64,000 bases of DNA from a virus: IMG/VR virus record IMGVR_UViG_3300023084_000004. One strand, written 5' to 3'. The notes under the pieces are model-generated. The model was not told the DNA's origin, did not search any database, and saw nothing but the letters and a program-made list of their open reading frames with translations. Below are positions 57,311 to 64,000 of the stretch, piece after piece (within the stretch, counting starts at the first letter, position 1; each line of letters starts with the position of its first letter). The position numbers were made by a program, and so were the translations under genes.

Positions 57311-58089
57311 AATTTAACTATATCCTCAAGTGTGTGTTTTGGATTCATAAACATAGAATTGAAAGGTACTTCAGATTTTGCATTATCACCTTCTCTTCTT
57401 TCTCCATATTTTACTTCAAATAATGGACCGTTTACTCTTAAAAATTCTTCAATGTATTCTTTAACTGTATAAGACTGTCCTGATCCAAGCGGTTCATAAT
57501 CTGACATTGCAGCCGGTTCATAAATTGCTTTTACAATTGCATCTGTAAGATCTTCTACGTGAACATAATCTCTTACTGGAGTACCATCTTTAGTATCATA
57601 ATCAGATCCAAAAATTGTAAATGTTCCTGATTGAATTGCATTTTGAGTTGCTGCATATAATCCTTCAGGATTGTTAGGTACTCCACCTCCAACATTATAA
57701 AATCTAAAAATCGTATATTCTTTACAAAGTTGTTTTACAATATCTTCTGCAACTACTTTTGATCTTGCATAAGGTGATGTTGGATCAAATGCCGCTCCTG
57801 TTGAAGCAAATATAAATTTAGCATTTGGAAATGCATCAATTACATTTTTAGTTCCATTAATGTTAGTATTATAATATTCAAATGGATTCTTTACGCTTTC
57901 ACCAACTTTAACTAATGCTGCTAAATGTACAACTACATCTACTGTTGGATTAGTAGGATTAGAATATTTTGTAATATCCCAATCTTTAATATCGTAAAAG
58001 ACCGCTCGAACATTGCGTTCACTTAACTTTTTTCTTAATACTGAACCGATATATCCATCGGCACCTGTTACTACAACTTTTTTATTCAT
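57307..58089 (-). CDS. NAD-dependent nucleotide-sugar epimerase (GalE-like, extended SDR)
   Basis: VVVTGADGYIGS, VVHLAA, FASTGA, YARSK, RFYNVGG, DGTPVRDYVHVEDL, YGERREGD. Confidence 0.85.
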   Translation of the reverse strand: MNKKVVVTGADGYIGSVLRKKLSERNVRAVFYDIKDWDITKYSNPTNPTVDVVVHLAALVKVGESVKNPFEYYNTNINGTKNVIDAFPNAKFIFASTGAAFDPTSPYARSKVVAEDIVKQLCKEYTIFRFYNVGGGVPNNPEGLYAATQNAIQSGTFTIFGSDYDTKDGTPVRDYVHVEDLTDAIVKAIYEPAAMSDYEPLGSGQSYTVKEYIEEFLRVNGPLFEVKYGERREGDNAKSEVPFNSMFMNPKHTLEDIVKL

Positions 58090-58097
58090 AATTTTCT

Positions 58098-58126
58098 ATT
58101 ATAACACAATTAAACTGAAATGTCAA
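58098..58126 (-). promoter_or_regulatory. Perfect sigma70-type promoter directly upstream of the epimerase operon
   Basis: TTGACA (58126-58121)-17 bp-TATAAT (58103-58098). Confidence 0.85.
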
Positions 58127-58562
58127 CAAATTCGTAATCAACTAATGCTTCTTTAAAAAGCTCTTTTGTATTATCAAAAGATTCAATCCATCTTTCTGGA
58201 ACATCTATCATTGAAGGCATTACAATACGTTTAGTACCAACTTGAATAACACCTTTTGCACATTCTGAACAAACTGGTAATCCCCAAACATATAATGTAC
58301 TATTATTTAGTGAAATTCCATTATAAGTCGCATTATATATTGCGTTTTGTTCAGCATGAACTACAAGTTTATACTTTTCTTCTCTATTTTCATATCGATC
58401 TAAAGTATCTTCAATGTTGCGTGGAAAGCCATTATATCCAGTTGCAAGAATGCGTCTTTCGTCAGAAACGAAAACTGCACCAATTTGTTTACTTGGATCT
58501 TTACTCCATGTTGAAATTTCTCTTGCTAAACCGAGAAATCTTTTATCCCACTTGACGCTCAT
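58110..58562 (-). CDS. cd: dCMP deaminase
   Basis: KDPSKQIGAV...GYNGFP...VVHAEQNAI...PVCSECAK. Start probably MSVKWD (58562). Confidence 0.9.
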   Translation of the reverse strand: MSVKWDKRFLGLAREISTWSKDPSKQIGAVFVSDERRILATGYNGFPRNIEDTLDRYENREEKYKLVVHAEQNAIYNATYNGISLNNSTLYVWGLPVCSECAKGVIQVGTKRIVMPSMIDVPERWIESFDNTKELFKEALVDYEFVDISV

Positions 58563-59217
58563 TAATGTAGTCTTGTATAAAGTTGAAATGTCTTTCGTAG
58601 ACATGAAAATTAGAAGCGGTCCAAATTAAATCACCAACTTCTACACCTAGATCATCTGCAAGTTTTGATTGAACATAACGTGCCCATGCATAATCATTAT
58701 TATAACCAAAAACAGCATCATTAGATCTCATAATATAATGAGATATTAATTGCTTATTTCGAATATAGAATGTATTTGCGTAAGTACACATAAAGTCATT
58801 CATATTATTAGCATTATAATCTGTATGCATACTTGGACGATTGTAGATCATTGTTGCTCTACGAGAGTTATGATTCCTAGATAATTCTCTTAAAACGTTT
58901 TCGTATTGATTACCATTTTCTTTAGTAAAAATACACCAACCATAATTTGAATTAATGAATCCATTATCATCAGAAACATCTAACCAAATTTGTGGAGTTT
59001 TACCAGGAATATCATTAACGTTTAATGAACAGCTTTTATACCATTGAAGTTCACGTTCAATATATTCATAAGCTGGTTTACGAATAACATAATCCTCGTC
59101 AGCAATAAATGTCGCACCAAGTACTTCAATTGTTTTAGCACCTGTACGATCAATAACCCAATCACCTTGAAGATAATCGGTTACAATTTGATTACGTATA
59201 TCTTTTACTTTTAACAT
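58543..59217 (-). CDS. gp42: dCMP hydroxymethylase (thymidylate-synthase fold, T4 gp42-like)
   Basis: Collinear with T4 gp42 as recalled: DRTGAKTIE, RELQWY, DIPGKTPQIW, INSNYGW, SRRATMIYNRPSM, DFMCT (catalytic Cys), MRSND..FGYNNDYAW (Asp that selects dCMP rather than the TS Asn), HVYERHF. Confidence 0.9.
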   Translation of the reverse strand: MLKVKDIRNQIVTDYLQGDWVIDRTGAKTIEVLGATFIADEDYVIRKPAYEYIERELQWYKSCSLNVNDIPGKTPQIWLDVSDDNGFINSNYGWCIFTKENGNQYENVLRELSRNHNSRRATMIYNRPSMHTDYNANNMNDFMCTYANTFYIRNKQLISHYIMRSNDAVFGYNNDYAWARYVQSKLADDLGVEVGDLIWTASNFHVYERHFNFIQDYINERQVG

Positions 59218-59420
59218 TAAAACTCCTCAGCCCATTCTGCAAAATCCTCATGCAGAAAATCAAGATCATCTACAAAAGTTCCATAGGATTCCATAGCATC
59301 ATCAATAGATTCACCTTCTTCAAGCTCATAATATTTGACCCAGAATTTACCAGCAACTGCAACTTCTTCTTCATTTGCTTCTGGATCTACTACTTCAATA
59401 ACACAAACTTTTCTAGGCAT
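59217..59420 (-). CDS. Acidic hypothetical protein (67 aa)
   Basis: ORF track; one-base overlaps with both neighbours. Confidence 0.6.
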   Translation of the reverse strand: MPRKVCVIEVVDPEANEEEVAVAGKFWVKYYELEEGESIDDAMESYGTFVDDLDFLHEDFAEWAEEF

Positions 59421-59674
59421 TAAATGGTCTCCAATAGTGTTTCAATATCATCAAGTTCAGCTACAACTGCGGGTAGATTTTGTTTATGATAAATCCTAGC
59501 CATTTTACGTAGAATATTTTTAGGAATATCTACATCTTCGGCTAAAGCATTAATTGCTTCTTTTTGAAAAGAACGTTCGGCTTCTACTCGAGTAAATGAA
59601 TTACTCATTTCTTCCATAGCACCTTTAATTCTTTTTTTATCTTCATCACTTGAAGGAATAATCACATTACTCAT
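59420..59674 (-). CDS. dsbA: T4-type double-stranded DNA-binding protein DsbA
   Basis: EEMSNS...KEAINALAEDVDIPKNILRKMARIYHKQN...ELDDIETL parallels T4 DsbA (LYHKDN) as recalled. This is not the bacterial disulfide oxidase. Confidence 0.75.
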   Translation of the reverse strand: MSNVIIPSSDEDKKRIKGAMEEMSNSFTRVEAERSFQKEAINALAEDVDIPKNILRKMARIYHKQNLPAVVAELDDIETLLETI

Positions 59675-60018
59675 TATTTAATTCTCCTATTGTATACATC
59701 ATTATTAGTATTTTGTCCTGGAATTTTACCACGACAATATGAAACAAAAAATGCAGAATAATTAATTAAATCTTTTGCTGAATCTTCGAGTGATTCGAAA
59801 TTTGGATTATAGTCATCACTTTGCATTGCTTCCATAACTGATTTCATACGGAGCATTTTTGCATTCATAACATCATAGATTGAATCAATACCACGAGGGT
59901 AGTAATCTGCTTGTTGAACAGTTGAATTTGGATTTTGATAATCGCGAGATTTTTTCAACTGTAAGTCGATACATTCTTGAAGAACGTTGACTGCTTCGGG
60001 ATTGGTTTGTTTACTCAT
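59674..60018 (-). CDS. Nucleotide-modification-associated domain 1 (DUF1599-like, all-alpha NTP-PPase-like)
   Basis: LQLKKSRDY...KMLR...ESLEDSAKDLINY pattern. Confidence 0.7.
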   Translation of the reverse strand: MSKQTNPEAVNVLQECIDLQLKKSRDYQNPNSTVQQADYYPRGIDSIYDVMNAKMLRMKSVMEAMQSDDYNPNFESLEDSAKDLINYSAFFVSYCRGKIPGQNTNNDVYNRRIK

Positions 60019-60041
60019 AAGATCTCCATAATATAGACACT

Positions 60042-60071
60042 ATTATACCACACTTTTTCGCAAAAGTAAAC
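60042..60071 (-). promoter_or_regulatory. T4-early-type promoter GTTTAC-...-TATAAT
   Basis: AAAAAAACAGTTTACTTTTGCGAAAAAGTGTGGTATAAT: TTTACT -35, 17-bp spacer, extended TG, A-rich UP element. Confidence 0.8.
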
Positions 60072-60089
60072 TGTTTTTTTCAATTATTT

Positions 60090-60323
60090 TTACGGAAGTC
60101 TTGGTGCTTCAGGTGTGTGAAAGTACTTATCAATCATTGCAATTTTATCATTATAATCTGCAATAATAGCAAGTTCCTTTTCAATTGTTTCCATAACGTC
60201 TGGATGTTCTGCGACACCCACATTATTTTCTAATAGAACTTCAATATTAATTCTATGTTTAGCAACGTGTGCTTCAAAATGCTGTTTTGATACAGCAAGT
60301 AATTCTTTTCTAAATGTTTTCAT
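60090..60323 (-). CDS. Conserved hypothetical protein (77 aa)
   Basis: KHRINIEVLL...VGVAEHPDVMETIEKEL pattern seen in aquatic T4-like phages (recalled). Confidence 0.7.
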   Translation of the reverse strand: MKTFRKELLAVSKQHFEAHVAKHRINIEVLLENNVGVAEHPDVMETIEKELAIIADYNDKIAMIDKYFHTPEAPRLP

Positions 60324-60332
60324 AATATATCC

Positions 60333-60752
60333 TTAAAATAAATCTTGAAAGATACCATGATTATCTTCATGGCTTGGAGCAGTCCACCCCTCAGGTTTTA
60401 CAAGATCTGGTACGCCCAGTGGATTGGGTCTTGTTTCTTTAACACCTACTTCTTTTGCCATATTTGCTTTGAGAACTGTATCCCAAGCTTTATGTGCATC
60501 AATACCATAGGCATCTAATGTACCAATTGCAACAACACAAAGATCAATTAAACCATCTACGATTTCTTCTGCATCTTCATTATTGAATGCTTTTCTTGTT
60601 TCGTCGAGTTCTTCTTGGAGAAAGTTAATTCTAAACTTTAAAAACTCTTTAAGCTTTTCATCGTCTTGCATACTATATCTAACCCATTCACGAGTTTGAT
60701 ATTTAGTCTGCATGTCATGAATATCTTGTACCCAATCTTTACTCATTTTCAA
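60333..60752 (-). CDS. MazG/PRA-PH-like nucleoside triphosphate pyrophosphohydrolase
   Basis: FLQEELDE...EEIVDGLIDL...WDTVLKANMAK (EExxE...ExxD metal ligands). Confidence 0.8.
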   Translation of the reverse strand: MKMSKDWVQDIHDMQTKYQTREWVRYSMQDDEKLKEFLKFRINFLQEELDETRKAFNNEDAEEIVDGLIDLCVVAIGTLDAYGIDAHKAWDTVLKANMAKEVGVKETRPNPLGVPDLVKPEGWTAPSHEDNHGIFQDLF

Positions 60753-60963
60753 AATACTCCATTAGTTCGTTATATCCACCAATATTTTTATCTTCAACTA
60801 CTATCTGCGGAAATGTTCTTGCAGATGGAAATTTTTCAAAAAATTGCGGTGGAGTATAATCCTCATTAAGCATTAAGTATTCATACTCAACACCTTTTTG
60901 CTCGCATAATGTTTTAGCCATATTACAATATGCACAAGACTCTTTACCGTATATAGTAATCAT
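60739..60963 (-). CDS. nrdC: Glutaredoxin
   Basis: IYGKESCAYC...TFPQI...IGGY. Confidence 0.9.
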   Translation of the reverse strand: MITIYGKESCAYCNMAKTLCEQKGVEYEYLMLNEDYTPPQFFEKFPSARTFPQIVVEDKNIGGYNELMEYFENE

Positions 60964-61250
60964 TATACTAATTTAAGTCCTGGGCCTGTGGCTAATTCAA
61001 TACCTGAAGTTGCTCTTACAACTTCTTTTACAAGTTCTTCACCAGGTTCCGCAACAAACATTACGTGTGCTTCACCAATAACAAAGTCTTGTCTTTTTGC
61101 GTAAGGTACAAATGGAACCATTCCAATTTTACCTTCACCGGCCGGCACTAAAAGAATTGCATCTTTTAATGTATAGAATCCTTTATCAAAAACGACTTTG
61201 GCGATTATTTCTTCTCCAGTCGAGAGTCGTACGATTTGTATATCTTTCAT
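60963..61250 (-). CDS. Conserved hypothetical protein, Sm-like fold probable
   Basis: IVRLSTGEEIIAKV...HVMFVAEP pattern common in T4-like phages (recalled). Confidence 0.65.
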   Translation of the reverse strand: MKDIQIVRLSTGEEIIAKVVFDKGFYTLKDAILLVPAGEGKIGMVPFVPYAKRQDFVIGEAHVMFVAEPGEELVKEVVRATSGIELATGPGLKLV

Positions 61251-61280
61251 AAGATAGTCCTTTTTAATTTAATTTCAGCT

Positions 61281-61309
61281 ATTATAACACAGTTTATTTG
61301 AAATGTCAA
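61281..61309 (-). promoter_or_regulatory. Perfect sigma70-type promoter
   Basis: TTGACA-17 bp-TATAAT; shares GTTGACATTTCA and TGTGTTATAAT with the 58098 promoter. Confidence 0.85.
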
Positions 61310-62079
61310 CCTTTTTCTTTAAATAAAGATTCGACATTAAAGTTTTCATATTGTTCTGGCATTGGCATTGGTTTTACCCAAGTGATTTCTCTATTATATG
61401 GATTATATGTTTCACCTTTAAAATAATCTTCCATACAAACAAGTTCACCAGGAAACTCTTTATACATTTTAGCCATTTCTTCATACCGTTCAACAAGACC
61501 ACGAATTAATGGAAATGCTCTTTCGTTCTCACCAAAGTTTGGTTGATCTTCTAAATCAACAGTAATTCTATAAGGTTCATCTTCTTTACCCATTGTTGCT
61601 AAATGAATTTGTCTTTGATTTTCAGTCATGTTTCGAAGATAATCTCTTACATTTCTTTTAAATCCAGTACCACCAAAGTTTCCATCTTGTCTTACTGCAA
61701 CCCAACTTTCACATTGAGCTCTAAAATCTCTTCTATAAAGATAGTAGATTCTATCTACTGCATTCAATATTCTACTTACATGTTCTTCATTTCTTACTTG
61801 AATTGGAATTAATTTAAAACAACATGGGTGTCCGGCTTCAAGTTGTTCTATAAATCTTTCATGACTTATACAAGCTTCTCTTTCTACAGGATCCTGATAT
61901 TTTTCCATCTCTTTCCAAGGTGAATTAATCAATTGCCATTTTGCTCTTGCTTCACCTAGATCATAAGGTCTTGGATCACTAAACATTTCACCTTTATAAG
62001 GCACACCATATTCTTCTGCTTTTTTTAATGTAAACGACGTACTCGCTGTACGATAATTTGCGATAATTGCTATTCTCAT
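61306..62079 (-). CDS. Putative Stf0-like sulfotransferase / P-loop protein (257 aa)
   Basis: IIANYRTASTS (5'-PSB loop, cf. RSGST), GEMF, YLYRRDFRAQCESW (3'-PB, cf. RxDxxxQAVS). Confidence 0.5.
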   Translation of the reverse strand: MRIAIIANYRTASTSFTLKKAEEYGVPYKGEMFSDPRPYDLGEARAKWQLINSPWKEMEKYQDPVEREACISHERFIEQLEAGHPCCFKLIPIQVRNEEHVSRILNAVDRIYYLYRRDFRAQCESWVAVRQDGNFGGTGFKRNVRDYLRNMTENQRQIHLATMGKEDEPYRITVDLEDQPNFGENERAFPLIRGLVERYEEMAKMYKEFPGELVCMEDYFKGETYNPYNREITWVKPMPMPEQYENFNVESLFKEKG

Positions 62080-64000
62080 GTGAAAAAATCCTCGATTGTA
62101 TTTACTTTTTCTGATTTCCAGCCAAGAGGTTCGATAATGTTCTCTACTGGACTGAGAAATACTTTTGAGAATTGTGTATCATAATCAATATACTTGTCTA
62201 AGCCGAGTTCTTTCGGAAGTACACCAGGAAATGAAATCATATTCTCACGTATTGGATTCGGTACTTTAAGGTATAAGAATTTAATCTTATCACCTGACTG
62301 AATCTTTTCATATTTCTTATTCAACTTATGCTGTTCAAGGAAGTGATTATAAAGAATACATCCTCTTACATGCATAGGGCAACCTTTTTTGTATAGGTTG
62401 ACTTTGTCCATATATTTATTGATATTGTCTGTGCCTGAAGTTTTAGCAATTTCTTCAGGTGGAAGTTTTCTAAATTCAGTACGGAAGTTAGCAATAAATT
62501 TTTGTGTTGCTTCTTCATCACCACCGAGTATTACTTCAAATATATCTTTCATCTTATCACGACAAACTTGTGGTGTCGATGATCTTACTGATTCAAGACC
62601 AGTAACAGAAACTTTTGGTTTTTCATAATGAACACCTTCACTATTAAGTGTATTCAAAATGTATCTTTTCTTTGCGATAAAGATAGAACGATCAGTAATC
62701 TTTTCTCGTTTCATTACCATCGCATTACGATAAGCACCCATGTCAGATCGAAGCTTTTCATAACCAGCTTCAATAACTTGTTCAATCTTTGTAGAACAAA
62801 CTTTGTCTAAGAATTCTTCACCTTGCTTACGGTCAATGTCTACTGTACCAAATACTTCTTTTACTAATGGACTAAAGTTTACATAAATCGAATCGGTATC
62901 GATATACACAATATAATCTTTATTTTCTGTGTTGAGTATCTTATTGAGATATTCATTTACAGATTTTTGAGCATATCGAATACTTAATTGACCAGATGTA
63001 GTAATTGCTTCCGCCATTTCGTTAATATAATATAGGAAGTAGATATTTGCTGTTGCGCCATAAAGAGAGTTCATAGCAATCTTGATTGACATTTGAGAAT
63101 TATGAAGTTGATTCATTTCTCGTTTGAGTCTTTTCTTTTCAGCAGGATCTGTTTCAATCTCGAATTGCTGTTCGACTGCAATCATTTGTTTCTTAATTAC
63201 AGAACGATTATTATAGTATTCGTCAATGATACTTGGAATAATACCAACCTTATCGTTTCTAAAACAGACACCATTTGCAGCAACAGACATATTTGGATTT
63301 GTATTTTTAAAATCACCATTGAGTACCATGTCTTGTGTTACTACTTCTCTTTCCTGCGGCATATATGTTTCAGGTGACATATTGTATTGCAACATAAGAT
63401 GTGGATATAGAGAGTTTAAGTCAAATGATACAACCCACGGATACATTCCAGGTTTTGGATCTTTTACATAACCACCTACAAGTTCACCTTGACGAATTCC
63501 AGGAGAGTCTTTAATAGGAGGCACAACTTTATCTTTAATTAATCTACGATAGATAGTTGATTCCCAAATTCCTACAGTACCAAACGCATCACCAAAGTTT
63601 ACACCACCACCATAAGCAACTGTCATAACTAACGCGAGAAGAGATGTTTCTTCTTCCATTCTTTGAATGAGGTGTGTATCTTTTAAGTTATAGTCAAGAT
63701 AGAGTTGTGGGTTTTCATCATATAATGCAGTCAATGAGCCATATTCAGAATAATCAAGTTTCTTTTCACCAAGAATAACATGAGCAATATGGTCAAGTTT
63801 ATATGATTCTTGTGGACCATACTTATAACCAAACTTTTTAAAAGCATCCATGTAGTCAATTACAGACATACCAGAAATTTTGTACGTTGATTGTACTTTA
63901 CCAAATACTTCACGACGTCTTTGATCAATCAATTTCCAAGGTGAAAGTTTCTTTGCAGATTCTTCACCAAGTAGTCTTATGATACGTGTTACGATATATT
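62076..64000 (-). CDS. gp43: Family B DNA polymerase gp43 (5' part outside window)
   Basis: SFDLNSLYP, KIAMNSLYGA, YIDTDSIY, KKRY, GLESVRSSTP. The frame stays open past the track's TTG to the edge (YIVTRIIRLLGEESAKKLSPWK). Confidence 0.97.
   Translation of the reverse strand, partial: YIVTRIIRLLGEESAKKLSPWKLIDQRRREVFGKVQSTYKISGMSVIDYMDAFKKFGYKYGPQESYKLDHIAHVILGEKKLDYSEYGSLTALYDENPQLYLDYNLKDTHLIQRMEEETSLLALVMTVAYGGGVNFGDAFGTVGIWESTIYRRLIKDKVVPPIKDSPGIRQGELVGGYVKDPKPGMYPWVVSFDLNSLYPHLMLQYNMSPETYMPQEREVVTQDMVLNGDFKNTNPNMSVAANGVCFRNDKVGIIPSIIDEYYNNRSVIKKQMIAVEQQFEIETDPAEKKRLKREMNQLHNSQMSIKIAMNSLYGATANIYFLYYINEMAEAITTSGQLSIRYAQKSVNEYLNKILNTENKDYIVYIDTDSIYVNFSPLVKEVFGTVDIDRKQGEEFLDKVCSTKIEQVIEAGYEKLRSDMGAYRNAMVMKREKITDRSIFIAKKRYILNTLNSEGVHYEKPKVSVTGLESVRSSTPQVCRDKMKDIFEVILGGDEEATQKFIANFRTEFRKLPPEEIAKTSGTDNINKYMDKVNLYKKGCPMHVRGCILYNHFLEQHKLNKKYEKIQSGDKIKFLYLKVPNPIRENMISFPGVLPKELGLDKYIDYDTQFSKVFLSPVENIIEPLGWKSEKVNTIEDFFT

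Noticed and set aside
58543-59217. Annotation as ordinary thymidylate synthase
   Set aside because: It has Asp (NNDYAW) at the specificity position and is collinear with T4 gp42 rather than ThyA. A different dCMP C5 chemistry (e.g. hydroxylation) cannot be excluded without assay.
62076-64000. Intein or intron in gp43
   Set aside because: The frame is continuous, with normally spaced polymerase motifs and no intein Cys/His-Asn ends or LAGLIDADG/HNH motifs in the visible part.
1-64000. tRNA genes, diversity-generating retroelement, integrase
   Set aside because: Intergenic gaps are short and show no cloverleaf; no reverse transcriptase, template/variable repeat pair or recombinase motif was seen in this window.

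Overview
This window is a contiguous, AT-rich segment of a T4-like (myovirus) phage genome. The accessory genes (sHsp, peroxiredoxin, DUF4815-type structural protein, gp42-like enzyme) resemble aquatic T4-like phages, but the host cannot be assigned from this window. Bases 1-47057 hold the tail-fibre and baseplate module: a collagen-like fibre, a 3379-aa giant repeat protein, gp8, gp7-like, gp6, gp25, gp5, gp27-like, gp53, gp48, gp4, gp2, gp54/19-like, gp26, gp51 and gp29-like. An S8 protease / cupredoxin / YHYH trio is inserted inside the wedge genes. Bases 47087-49450 are a small host-like stress and regulatory cassette. Bases 49452-64000 hold replication genes (regA, gp62, gp44, gp45, dsbA, gp43 partial) surrounding a nucleotide-modification locus. 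Two candidate novel systems stand out. (1) A gp42-type dCMP hydroxymethylase lies next to a promoter-delimited, translationally coupled operon encoding an epimerase, a GT-like protein, UDP-galactopyranose mutase, a C5-MTase-like protein, an exonuclease and a GT-A-like protein; this suggests furanose-sugar hypermodified hmC DNA. (2) The giant virion protein carries 11-12 tandem helical repeats whose K-C-x-R-D-(I)-G-Y motif and flanking helices resemble the bilin-binding core of phycobiliproteins. All family assignments come from motifs recognised by eye and from recalled sequences; no database search was run.
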